A stretch of DNA of 63,946 nucleotides, the filler included. It is 8 parts of 8 records of this genome, joined end to end, with 100 filler letters (N's around TTAATTAATTAA, not from the genome) between each part and the next. Parts side by side here need not be neighbours in the genome. Positions count along the whole stretch, not along the records: positions 1 to 10,372 come from SRR7504441_7482; positions 10,473 to 17,031 come from SRR7504441_7483; 6 more parts are not named here. One strand, 5' to 3'. Under the pieces are notes generated by a model, which was given only the letters and a program-made list of their open reading frames with translations, was not told where the DNA came from and ran no database searches. Both the position numbers and the translations under genes were made by a program. This document shows, piece by piece, positions 1 to 11,041 of this stretch (position 1 is the first letter of the stretch; every line of letters begins with the position of its first letter).

Positions 1-517
1 GTGCTTGCTTTCAAGACATGGAAAGAATTCCAAAAGGACGCAAAGTCTGTTTCACAAAAGAAGCGCAGGGTATTAGAACGTATTGGTGCTGCGAAGTTGC
101 ACTCCAAAGAGCAGCGTGCATTCCACCAGTACCATACAGCTTTCCTAGAATTTCGAACTCAGAGCAACGAATCTGAAAAATCACATACAATTCAGCAAGA
201 GCTAGACATGATTAAGGTAACCTACCAAATCCGCCTTGTTTCTGCCTCGAGGGATTCTGATATATGCTTACGCTGTGCAGGCTAAAGGAGAATCTGCTGA
301 CGCGCTTTCCATCATTGAAGCTGAGGCCAAGCAAAAGGCTGCCGAAGACAAATTGGAATCTTTAATTGCGGAGTGCACAGCCTTAAAAGAGAAAAACATA
401 GAAATGGAGCAGCAACTAAGATCTCTGACTGCCGAGCCAAGCAGATCCTCTTTTGCCAAACGATTTATGGACATGAAAAAGTCCATTGAAACCCATGCAT
501 CAGGTGAAGCGAATTAG
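1..517 (+). CDS. 3' end of a coiled-coil protein (5' truncated by the window edge); GT-AG intron 217-280
   Basis: ORF 1..285 joins ORF 236..517 in frame through the 64-nt intron gtaacc...gtgcag (MIK|AKG). The protein is E/K/Q-rich and heptad-like, and an AT-rich spacer follows the stop. Confidence 0.65.
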
Positions 518-706
518 CTATGACATTGTGCGTGCTGTAAATACTAATGTAAATACTTAATCATATTTCTAACAAATTCATAAATCTTGTGTCATGAACA
601 GTTTTAATAATTGTATGATTGCACTATGATTGCACATGGTCGTAACATGGTTGTGAGCTGCGACGAATACATGTACGAAGAAAATGCGTTGTACATAGCT
701 AGTTAG

Positions 707-3497
707 CTAGTCAATGTCAGTGATCCTTGGTACGTCCTCTATTGACCGGAATACCTCACGGGCAGTTACATCATCTAACAACGCCTTCCATGGAGTGGAT
801 TGCATGAGACTGTTGGCATTACCGACGATAAGAAGCATCTCCTTGGGCCGTGTAAGTGCCACATTCATCCGCCTGATGTCATCAACAAACCCGATCCCGC
901 CTTGACGGTTGGCCCGCACACACGAGTAGATGACAACGTCCGCTTCTTGGCCCTGGAATGAGTCTACGGTCGCCACCCGGGCCTCGCCAGCCACCCCCCG
1001 CTTGGCAAACAGCGCTCGAATCAAATCCACCTGTCCCTGCCTAAGCCTGCCCGAGGCACCCCCTGACCTGCTGCCTATACGGCGACAGTACCGCGGTGGA
1101 TCCCTGATGTCCCAGCGCTGTCAGCTGTTCAAAGAGCTGCAGCACCGCTTCCGCCTCCGCCTGATTACCCAGCGAAGTGCCGCCACGCTGCTGCTTGCCC
1201 AGCGGCACATCAAAGAACCGGTACCTACCCAGCCACCGGCTCTCTGTTTGTAGCTCGCCCTCCTCCAGCTGAGCCTCATGCGCAGTCTCGCTGAGCCAGT
1301 CGAGAGCGGGCCGACTCTGCAGCTCAGCCGCGTCTCTCAGCATCCCCTGGTAAAAGTAACGGTTTGGGAACTGGCTAATCTCGGGATGCATTCTGTACTG
1401 CACATCCAGCACGCGCACAGGGTGCCCGGTCTGCTGCATCCGCTCGAACAGCGATCTGGCCAGTTTGTGCTCCATCGCACTCTTTGAGAGCACAGTTGGA
1501 GGCAGCTGCTGAGGATCGCCCACCAGCACCACGAGCCGGCAGCCGAGCTGGAGCGGCACCACTGTGGACAGCTCGGAGGCCTGCGCCGCTTCATCCACCA
1601 GCAGTGCTTCAAACGGCCGGCCCGTGTGCAATGTGGCCTTGGCAGCGCTGCTGAGCGTGGTGAAGACCAAGTCCGCCTGGTCCACGAACGATTGCTCTAG
1701 CTGCCTGCTGGCCTGATGTGCCGAAAGCTTCCCCGTCTGGTTCTGGAGCGCCAGCTCTAACCGATGCAGCTCCACTTGCAGCTTGCGCCTGGCCTCAAGT
1801 TGACCAATCGCCAGCCCAGCGTCTAGTTCCTGTCCAGCCATCCCGACAAGCTGGGCCTGCAGAGCATTGAGTCGGCTGCGGCATTGAGCGCGCTGCTCCG
1901 ATAATGCGCGCTGAGGCTGCTGCAGCAACCGCTCGGCCAGCGAGCTGCACTCGACTCGATGCCGCACCTGCTCATCCACCGCCTGCGCCCGTCCGATCCG
2001 TTTAATGTCAGGATTGAACCTCTTGCCTCGCCCGTCTACAAACCCGGCTCGGATCACCCTGCTGAGCAACTCGTCCACCGCAGCGTTGGACGGCGCACAG
2101 ACCAGCACCCGGGGCGGCGGCACGCGCTGGCTGTCTCGGGCCAGTAGATCTGGGCTGAGCTGAGCGACTAGCTTCTCGTGGTGCTGCGAGGCCAGCCCGA
2201 GCTGCAGCTGGTTGAGCACAGCGCAGACGGTGTGTGTCTTGCCTGTGCCCGGCGGGCCCTGCACCAGCACAATCGGCTCGGGACTCGGCCTGTCCCACTC
2301 TTGCCAGACCCGGAGCACCGCCGCCCGCTGCGCCCTGTTGAGCGGTGCCAGCAGCGTAGAGAAAACTATCGGGAGCAGAAGAAACTCCTCGAGCTCCGGC
2401 CGCTCGTAGCACGGCAGCCTGTTCTCAGCCGTCCGTTCGCTCCGGCCGTGGAGCAGGCTGGCCACCACCCGCTGGTCAGCCCCGGAGGCTGGGCCCGTGA
2501 GTGCGATCAGGGCCTCGTGCTCCCTGCTCTCCGTGACCACCGAGCAGCACCGGGCCAGCTGCAGCCTGCTCCCCCGCAGCGCGCAGAGCCGGCGGGCCTC
2601 ACTCATGGTGCCCACCACGCCCACAATGCACGTACCCCTGCTCGATGCCCCGTCGAGCACCAGTCCGTTTAAAGGCTGCTCAGCATTCTCTGCGGGAGCA
2701 CCCTGCGGCTTGCCGGAGGCCGCGAGCCCCTTGAGCTCCTTGGGGTTCATCCGGACGAGCTCGGCCGGTAGCACAGTCCTGTCTGCAAGGTAAGACCGGA
2801 GTTTCGGGCTGTTCTTCAGGTTGCTGATCAGCGAGACTCCCCGGCTCTTGTACTCCTTCAAGTCCGGAGCATACTGGTACAGCTCACGCTCAAGCGCCCG
2901 GGCCGCCCCCTCTGCCCCAAGCGTCTCCCCGAGCTGCCCTCGCATCCGCTCTTGCATCGCGCTCCCCACCCCCCCCGCGCTCCCCCTGGCCGGCTCCGGC
3001 CGAGCAGCCGCGCTCCAGCCGGAAACCTCCACGACGTCGCCGCGTTTGAACCCTGCGCCACGCCCGGCGCTGCGCAGTTCGAGCTCGCACCAGCGCCAAC
3101 TCTCGTCGAGCTCCTTGTAGCTGGCTGCCACCAGCACCAATCCCTCGCGCGGCCCTCGAGCCCCGGACTGCCGCACCGACTGGCAGGCCTCCTCTGCCCC
3201 CCGCTCAGCCGCCGTCGCCCGGGCCGCACCGAGCACGAGAGGTTCAAACACCGCCCGGTAGGTGCCAACCTGCCCCCTCGGCTCAACCCGCCGCGCACCA
3301 CGGCCGTCCACCGAGCTGAAGCTGTCGGGCACCGTCACCAGCGGCGCCGGGCCTCCGCTGTCACGCAGCCGCAGCAGCAGTCCCGGGCCAAACCCTTTGC
3401 CAGGGCCGGCCAGCTTCGGCAGCGGCTGGACCGGCCCGCGGGCGGACCGAGACCGGTTGGTTTTGGGCCGCTTCCGGGCCCGCTGCTCGTCGTTCAT
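707..3497 (-). CDS. Sen1/senataxin-like (UPF1-family SF1) helicase with an inserted TFIIS central-like domain
   Basis: Motifs QGPPGTGKT, VLVCAPSNAAVDEL, DEAAQ, VGDPQQLPPT, QYRMHPEI, TVDSFQGQEADVVI and RRMNVALTR. A 37-nt GT-AG intron (1031-1067) joins PYRQQ|VDLIR. A probable in-frame 42-nt intron (3270-3311) restores FSSVGTYRAVFEPL. Confidence 0.9.
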
Positions 3498-3600
3498 CGC
3501 TACGGCCGCCCAGAGGGCAGGTGTCTTGGACCCGATGGTGCCGTTACTCAGGTAACGGCTCCACCGTCAGGTCCACAAGGGGGTCCTCATCACCATCATC

Positions 3601-4461
3601 ATGGCGGACAGCCCGCCCATTGACCGTCTGAGCGACGACCTGCTGGTGTTCTGCCTGCAGAGCTGCCCTGCCCACGCCCTCGGTCGGCTTGCGGCAACGT
3701 CGGCCCGGCTCGGTCAGCTTGCGCTTTGTCCTGTTGTCTTCCGCGGTCGAGGCCGGCCCGGGCTTAGAAGCCCCGCCCACCTCCACCTGCACGAGACCCT
3801 GGACGCCGAACCGACCAAGATGACCGTCGCCCATTTCCACACCGGCTCGGTCTGTCTAGTCCAGGAGAGTCGGGCCGGGCTCGAGTCCGCGGCGGTGCTG
3901 ATGAAGGCCCACGCCGAGTTGCGCTGCCAGGTTGATGGACACGTCCACCCGGGCGCCCCGGAGCAGGTGGCGGTGGGCTACTCCAGGCGGCGCGCCCGGG
4001 CTGTCGAAAAGGTATTGGTGCAGTGCGGCGTCTGCCCGGAGCGGATCGAGATCACCGGCTGGGGCAAGCGGATCGCCGAGGCCGAGGACTGGGGCTTCTC
4101 GCCGGAGTTCTCCCGGGCCGAGCTCACGTATACGCTGAATGGTCTCACCTTCCCGCCTCGGCGAGCGTTGTGCCTGGTTTTGCCGGAGCCGTCGGATACA
4201 GAGGATGACATGGATGAGACCGGTTCGGACTCTGAAGATGAGGGGCACTACCCCTTGCAAGTGAATTGGACCATACAGCTCTCCCAGATCCAGCAGGTGC
4301 TGGTGGCTCATGCGCAGCAAGTGCTCGGCCAGCTGCAAAACGATACTGATGACCTTGACGATGACTCGGATACATCCGATGATGAATCCGATAGTGATGA
4401 AGAAGAGAGTGAAGATGACAGTGAAGATGACGACAACGTCGAGAGTATGGAGGAGGCCTAG
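3601..4461 (+). CDS. F-box-like + OmpA C-terminal-like domain protein with an acidic tail
   Basis: N-terminus IDRLSDDLLVFCLQSCPAHALGRLAATSARL fits the F-box pattern. The middle HFHTGSVCL...QVDGH...YSRRRARAVEKVLVQCGVCPERIEITGWG fits the OmpA/MotB/Pal pattern. The C-terminus is D/E-rich. Confidence 0.75.
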   Translation: MADSPPIDRLSDDLLVFCLQSCPAHALGRLAATSARLGQLALCPVVFRGRGRPGLRSPAHLHLHETLDAEPTKMTVAHFHTGSVCLVQESRAGLESAAVLMKAHAELRCQVDGHVHPGAPEQVAVGYSRRRARAVEKVLVQCGVCPERIEITGWGKRIAEAEDWGFSPEFSRAELTYTLNGLTFPPRRALCLVLPEPSDTEDDMDETGSDSEDEGHYPLQVNWTIQLSQIQQVLVAHAQQVLGQLQNDTDDLDDDSDTSDDESDSDEEESEDDSEDDDNVESMEEA

Positions 4462-4691
4462 ACTAAGAGAGCTGGCTAAGTAAACGAGGGCAAACACTCT
4501 AATCAAAGTAGGGTCCAGGGCTATACAACAGTCATTGCAGTACTTGATACCGATGAAGGCGCTTCTGAAAATGTGACTCGGAGGGTTGGTTTGAGAGGGA
4601 ATGGCTCGAATCGGAGCACGTGTTGCACTCAAGTCGAGCTGCGATGGGGGTGTGAGCTCTGCCGGGGAGTAAGTCTCAGGCCTGCGAGGCG

Positions 4692-6623
4692 ATGGACGGG
4701 CCGGCTGGGGCGTACATCTCGTCGCTGTGCGAGGCACTGGACACGGCGGAGGCCGCCGCTGGGGAGCTACTCCGCAACTTCCAGCCGGGTGCCCTTTCGC
4801 TCGGCCCTGCCAATCCCGCCGGTCGTGCACCGTCGGTCGGGGTGCACGAACGGCTGGATAGGCTGCGTCCCGTGAACGAGCGGCCAGGCGCTGTCCGCGG
4901 GTCCGATCGGCTGCGGGTGGCCAACAGGGAGCTGGAAGCTGTGCTGGATCAGACCGCCAGCGCCCGGCAGCAGTGCTCGAGCGAGATCCAGGCCCTGGAG
5001 CTGGTGCAGGAGGCACGGCGGCAGCTCGAGCCGCGGGCCGCACCGGCGGGCGGGTCTGATCAGACCGACCGGGCGCGGGAAGCGGCGGTCAAGCAGGCGC
5101 GGAGGGATCGGTTGGAGTTGGAGGAGCAGCTGGGCAAGGCTCAGATGGCGGCGATCAGGGAGCGGAACCGGCTGACAGAGGTGGTGTCCCGGATGAGCGC
5201 CGACGACGACCAGCGGCGGTTGCGGCTGGCAGATTTCCGGAGCGGCGGCGCTCTGGGGCTTTTGGAGGCTGCGCGCGACTCGAGCAGGCTGCCTGCCCAG
5301 GCCGAGTCGTCTCCTGAAAAGGATGGGGCAGCCAAAGCCATCATGAAAGCAGCCCAACAGCTCGACGAGGCTGCCCAGGCGGCGGTGGCTTCGCTGACTG
5401 CTGTTGGCTGCCCGGATGCGCCGGGGGGCAATGTTGCGGCGGCTCAGTGTGACGATGCGCTGCTCGAGCAAACCCGGGCCAAGCTAGGGGCCGAGGTGGT
5501 GGCCTGGAAGAGCCGGGCTGAGGCGCTGCAGGCCCAGCTGACTGCACAGGTGGAGGCTGGGCCGCCGCTCGAAGCACGAGCCCAGAGGCTCGAGGCTCTG
5601 CTTCAGACTGAACGAGACAAAGTGCAGCAGCTGACTGGCCAGATGAGCCAGCTGGACCGGCAGCTGGCGGACGACGTGGCAAACTGGCGCGCAAAGTTCG
5701 AGGCGCTTGCCCAGTCGACGGATGAGGCTGAGCGACAGAAGGCAGCGGCCAGCAGACGGGCAGATGAGTTGCAGGCTGAGCTGTCTCTGCACAGGGCGCA
5801 GGCGCAGGCGGACAGAGAGCAAGCGCAAGCCACCACGGGGGCTGTGCAGCAGCACGCAGCGGCAGAGATCTGTCAGCTGAGGGCGGAGCTGGACAGGCGG
5901 CAGGGAATGCCACCAATGCTCGGGCCGTCAGGGGAGCTGCACATGGAGCTTTGCAAGTGGAAGGAGAGAGCGCTCAATGCGGAGGACATCGCGATGGAGG
6001 AGTCGAGGCAGAAGCTGCTGGCCCAGGAGGAAGTTGGCCGGCTACACAAGGAAGTGCTCCGTTGGAAGTCGCTTGCCGAGTCTGGAAGCACCCTGGAGGC
6101 GCCTGGGGCGGCCAGTCAGCCAGAGGCTCCTCTTGTGACCTATGGCACGACTGAGATCGGAGGCAGGCTAGCAAAGCTGGCCAGTAGCTGCCACGAGTGG
6201 CGCTGCAGGGCAATCGACGCGGAGGGCCAGATCCGGGGCTCCGTGCAGGACAGGGTGAACCAAGTGTCGAGCCAGGCAGATCCAACCACGCTCGATCAGG
6301 CAGCGTCGGCTGAAGAGCAAGCGCAGGCCGCTAGTGTGCACGGGGATGGCTCGGGTACAATGAAGCATAATCAGAAGCTCATCGCGAGTCTGGGCGCGCG
6401 GGCGGCGGCCGCCGAGCATGAGTCGGCGCTGCTGCGTCAGGAGCTGGCCAAATCGCTGTTGGATGCAGCCGAGCAGACACTCAAGCCTAAGTCAGCCTCG
6501 AGCCAGGAGACCCAAGAGGGCACCAAGGTGGGGCTGGTGCAGAGTCAGCTCGAGGGTGTGGTGAGCAAGGAGACTCAAGAAAGCATTAAGAACATGCTCG
6601 CTCGCCACGCCAAGAGTGTGTGA
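4692..6623 (+). CDS. Long coiled-coil protein of unknown function
   Basis: 643-aa A/E/Q/R-rich ORF with recurring W(K/R)x(R/K)A motifs, flanked by AT-rich spacers. It may hide small in-frame introns. Confidence 0.7.
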   Translation: MDGPAGAYISSLCEALDTAEAAAGELLRNFQPGALSLGPANPAGRAPSVGVHERLDRLRPVNERPGAVRGSDRLRVANRELEAVLDQTASARQQCSSEIQALELVQEARRQLEPRAAPAGGSDQTDRAREAAVKQARRDRLELEEQLGKAQMAAIRERNRLTEVVSRMSADDDQRRLRLADFRSGGALGLLEAARDSSRLPAQAESSPEKDGAAKAIMKAAQQLDEAAQAAVASLTAVGCPDAPGGNVAAAQCDDALLEQTRAKLGAEVVAWKSRAEALQAQLTAQVEAGPPLEARAQRLEALLQTERDKVQQLTGQMSQLDRQLADDVANWRAKFEALAQSTDEAERQKAAASRRADELQAELSLHRAQAQADREQAQATTGAVQQHAAAEICQLRAELDRRQGMPPMLGPSGELHMELCKWKERALNAEDIAMEESRQKLLAQEEVGRLHKEVLRWKSLAESGSTLEAPGAASQPEAPLVTYGTTEIGGRLAKLASSCHEWRCRAIDAEGQIRGSVQDRVNQVSSQADPTTLDQAASAEEQAQAASVHGDGSGTMKHNQKLIASLGARAAAAEHESALLRQELAKSLLDAAEQTLKPKSASSQETQEGTKVGLVQSQLEGVVSKETQESIKNMLARHAKSV

Positions 6624-7224
6624 GCGGCCATGCGCCCCGATTCGCACCTTTGGATACTGACATGGGGACGACTACGTCATGTACTAGTCATGAATGTACG
6701 CTTCTACGTAGTACGCTTTAAAAGTACGCTTCTGACACGCTGACACTGCCGCGCAGAGTGGTTGTCGCTCGGATTGTGTAGCTTTTTGCACGTGAATTGA
6801 TACAAAACTTTTGGTATTTTATTTGTGTGAATTGCATATTACTCGATACAATGTCATAACTAGTACTTACATGTACCGTACCTATAGCCATAATCATACG
6901 CGTCCTGAGGACTACCCCACAACCTATCACCTATGCCACAACCAGCGGGAGCCGCGCACAGGCATGGGCAGGCCGTACCCGGACATGCACGCCTCGTGTC
7001 CCGAGAGCGGCTGCCCCACGAGGACCGCATGGCCGGCTAGGCGGCTACACGGCAGTCAACGGCTCGAGCCCATCCCGGTGATCCGGCATTTATTTATTAT
7101 TAATAGTTCAGGCACGATGTCAGTCAGACATTTTCGCGGATTCCTTTTTCGGAGGGAAGCGCTTGTCTGGGATGGCTCCAGGGGTGGAACGGTGACACGG
7201 GGGTTGCGTAGGATAAAACGGGGG

Positions 7225-8324
7225 ATGAGCGGTTTGGGTCGGCCTCTGTCCAGCATTCTGGCGGCTCTCTCTGCAATACTAGCAGCTGCCGCTGCAGTTC
7301 CCCGCGACTGGCAAATGGCTACGGACGGTCTAACCATTAACAACGAGACATCAGGGCGCTACTCTAATCCACCAGCAATCGATTCGCTTTTGGCCGGAGA
7401 GGTAGTGTCGCCAGTAACTGGAGGAAGTCCTTTGTACACTCCACTTCCTTACACAGGTGCCGACCCAGAGGGTGACCAGCAGTGGGAATGGCTCGCGGAA
7501 GATGTGTAAGCGATCCTCGCTGTCTATCCGTCTCACGGCCGTGCAGGTGGATCTGTGAGGAGATGAAGATGCGCTACGATTTCATGAACACACCTGCTCT
7601 GGATCTCCTGTTTGACAAGAAGCGGCCGTCCCCGCGCTTCGGTTCAGGCTCAACGTTTGCATTTACGGATATCTATTTCACGCCTGAGACCTCGGCTACA
7701 AGCTGCAACTTGTATGGCTGTGAAACCACAATCTCCAATCCAGTCATGGGCTGGGAGCCTGTGACCAACAGAACATATTCCCGGCTTGTCAACATAGACC
7801 GCCGAAACATGCAGCGCATTGCGCCATACGGTGATCCCACACCTGCTTGTATCTGGGGTTCGGTGACCTGGCAAGAAGAGTTCATTAAGCCAGTCTACGG
7901 TGGTTTTGAGTACTCAGCTCCTCCAGGCTGTCGGCCACAGATTGTGATGGTTGGAGGGTTTGACGTCAACGAGGCCTACATGAACGACGTGTGGTTTTAT
8001 GACATTTGGAACAACAGCTGGAGCACCCCAACAGTGGCTCCGCACAACTATACACTTGGTGCTCGTCCAACTTATCCATACCCTCGAAAGTTTCCTTCCG
8101 TCAACATTTATCGGGATGATGGCACCGTGCATCCCTTTGGCGAAATGGATGCGCGTGTAGGGACTTTTGACAGTAATTGGGAGGGACAAGGAATGTGGAA
8201 ATTCTTTTCTCAGCCAACAGACCTCGATAACATCCCACCTGCCGGAAGACACCAAAGCCATGGAGAGATAGTTGGAGTGACAATGTTTGAGCTCTTTGAA
8301 GCCTATGTGCCCAGATTTCAATGA
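7225..8324 (+). CDS. Secreted kelch-repeat-like protein (3' end uncertain)
   Basis: Signal-like MSGLGRPLSSILAALSAILAAAAA. A 41-nt GT-AG intron (7506-7546) joins EDV|WICEE. Kelch-like motifs RPSPRFGS, IVMVGGFD...MNDVWFYDIWNNSWS, YPYPRK and PPAGRHQSH. Confidence 0.65.
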
Positions 8325-8577
8325 ATTCAATGCTCAAGAGCTTTGGGACTTCCCCTTTGCCGTCGAAGTCAATAGATGCTGGCAGCAAGTGATGCATGCC
8401 ACACATTGCTTGCAAGAGCATGTATTAGCGCATTGCGCCTTCAAGGAATCAGAGGACTAGAGTAGACTATACGTAGACTAGAGCAAAGTCAATTAATTGA
8501 CCCAATTATAGATGGGTGCGATCTAGGGAGAGTATTTAAAATTGCTTAGAACTGACTGAAAATCATGAGCACATACC

Positions 8578-9810
8578 GCGCATCTTCAGCACACTAGTTG
8601 CTGCGAGAGCGTCATGATCACTTGGAGGATTGTCCATCTTTGCCTCAAATTGCTCTCGGATGGTCAACAAATCCGCTGGTGGTTTGTGCCGACCACGCTC
8701 CTGACCTTGAGCGGGTGCGAGCAAATCTGCACAAGGTCAAATGCAGCGCAAAGCCCGCACTGACCGAGGGAGTTTTGTGGCAGTTGAGTTCCCCGTTGCA
8801 GATCGAGCTGTGCCCTCACTATCTCAACAAGCCCCAGAATGCGCTGGACTGGCTCCCCCTGTAACTTCCTACGCCAATGGACAGTCAGCTCAGACGCAAA
8901 AGGGCATGGCACCCGGCTAGCCCACACGCTGAATGAACTACTCCTCGCAGCTCCTTCTCTATCAGTCCAATACCCAGTGCCTGCGTGACCACCTGCAGGA
9001 TTCGTGGCGATACCCAACAGCCAGAACTCACTTTTTCGGCTTCCAGGCTGGCCAGATCTGAAGCCTGCTCAGCGACCACCACGGTTTGATGCAGCTGTGC
9101 GGTAAGCCGTTCATGCTGTGATTGAAACTGTTGGTTCTGCACCACCAGCCAATTAATAAGTTGGCAGCATCAGCGCAGGCCTGGGATTCTGATCGCTGAG
9201 ACTGCAGTAGGAGATCTTGCCTGCACCCACCGATACATCAGCATCAGCGCGAGCTCAGCCCAGGCGCACGTGAGCCCATCTATACACACGGCCAATGTCG
9301 CCCTTGCTGTGGAGGCCCTCGCTGCACCAAGCACTTAAGTTCGTTTGCACGACAGTTCCCACCGAGCTCTGCCCGCAGCCCAGTCTCCCTGCTTTCAATT
9401 CGCCACCGCCCGACACAACGCCCAATCCGCCGCGCTGTCCAGCCGCTGATCATCTGCACCCCCAAGTCACGCTGCTGCCCTTGCTGAGACGGCATGGCAG
9501 TTAAATGCTCCCGGACCGCCTGAAATGCTGCAAGAGCTGCCCCGCGCCGAATCGCTCGCGACTCCTGCACCAGCCGCGAGATCTGACGGCGGTCGGAAGC
9601 TTGATGACTCCGCGCCTGACAGGACAGTGCGACCTGTTACTGAAGCAGGGCCACCTCGCGGAGCTCTTGCAGCAGCTGTCGCTTTTCTCCGGTGAATTGA
9701 GATCGGACGGCAACCAGATGCTGCCTGGCTTCTTCCAGCTGCCGCAGCTGCGGGGCGACGAAGCCTCGCTGGGGAAGACCGTGGGGTAAATCGCCTAGCC
9801 ACCCCTGCAT
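8578..9810 (-). CDS. Multi-exon coiled-coil protein, boundaries approximate
   Basis: Helical segments (QLRQLEEARQHL...LLQELRE, VQESRAIRRGAALAAFQ, QHERLTAQLHQTVVVAEQASDLASLEAEK) are separated by ~40-nt intron-like stretches. Confidence 0.45.
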
Positions 9811-9978
9811 GCAAGCAAGAAAGGATGTTTTACGAGCATGGGCGTAATAAGCTTACGCTCTGGCTATACTCTGGCTCGGTATACGCTCGCCGGACGGCAT
9901 GTGCACATAAACAAGACGGTTAAGCGTACGAAATGAATTGAACTCACAGTGCTCAGGATCAATTAGCGGTTCGTCTCT

Positions 9979-10372
9979 TCAATGATTAGTCTCTTGATCT
10001 TGAACAAACTCGAAGAATGCCGCCTGCCCGGCAGCAGACATGGTCACGGAGGTCTCCCGAGCTTGCATAGTCTCATTGACTCCGAATCCCCTGCCGGGTC
10101 GTTCATATGGGGTGGCGAGCCCCATCATCCCGCCCGCGGACGGAACGAACGCATGGGGCGGCTGCTGCTGTGGTTGCTGCTGTGGTTGCATGCCCGCTAC
10201 CATACTTCCATACCGACTGCACAAAAGCGTGCTCAGTGGGAGCGCTACGAGGGGCAACCGCTTCAGCTCTTGGCGCTCGCTCGTCGAGTTTTTGAGCACC
10301 CCATCGAAGATGGCCGGCATCCTGCCCACCTCGGGGTACGGCTGGCCGACCAACTCGATCGCAACCGGATTC
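9979..10372 (-). CDS. 3' fragment of an unknown Q/P-rich protein (cut by contig end)
   Basis: Open frame from the contig edge with a QPQQQPQQQP tract; probable in-frame 42-nt intron at 10217-10258. Confidence 0.45.
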
Positions 10373-10472
10373 NNNNNNNNNNNNNNNNNNNNNNNNNNNN
10401 NNNNNNNNNNNNNNNNTTAATTAATTAANNNNNNNNNNNNNNNNNNNNNNNNNNNNNNNNNNNNNNNNNNNN
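10373..10472. other. Artificial contig linker (N44-TTAATTAATTAA-N44)
   Basis: Exactly 100 nt with a six-frame stop cassette, repeated identically 7 times in the window. Confidence 0.99.
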
Positions 10473-11041
10473 GCTGCCAGCCATTCGGCGGGGCGGGTGG
10501 GCGCGGGCTGCTATCGTGGCGCACTGACAATCCTCGATGGCTACCGAATTCTGCCAATCTGTCGTCTGTATCGCAGGCAGCCTTCCTAAGCCATCAACCT
10601 CCGACGTGAACCATGCCTCTGATGCTGTGAGTCTTTGAATTTGCATACTGAATGACTCTAGAACTCTGTAGCTATAGACTCACTTCAGTTGCATGCATGG
10701 GTGATTGGGTGTTTCTGCTACAATGTTCTCGTATTCTGTTAGTATTCTGTTAGTACGTATTCTGTAGAACTCGGGTTGTTTGCTAATTGCTATGGGTTTC
10801 GAATTCTATGCCTTTCTATGGTTTTATGGAATCGCCATAGAACACTATAGAACTATTATGGGTTTCTATGGCATGATTATGGCGCCGGCAGCACCCACTC
10901 GGCTAGCATTCACGGCATTCATAGCACCCAGTCATTGCCCAGTCACCCCGGCCATTGTGGCCATTGCAAGTGGTTCACCATGGGCGGCCGCGTCATTCCA
11001 GAAATCAACGGCAGTCGCCAGCTGCAGTCCTCCTCTCACAC

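Noticed and set aside
1031-1067. Apparent frameshifts in the helicase, kinesin, cyclase, VPS13 and ABCA as pseudogenes, programmed frameshifts or an alternative code
   Set aside because: Each one examined is resolved by a 35-46-nt GT-AG or GC-AG intron that restores conserved motifs; TAA, TAG and TGA all serve as stops.
3856-5043. Long antisense or overlapping ORFs (e.g. 3856..5043-, 44688..45683-, 60669..61859-, 42877..43857+)
   Set aside because: They are shadow frames expected at high GC opposite real genes, with no recognisable motifs.
6940-7085. GC-rich island in an intergenic region as a structured RNA gene (tRNA, SRP, RNase P)
   Set aside because: No diagnostic motif was recognisable by eye; an Rfam scan would be needed.
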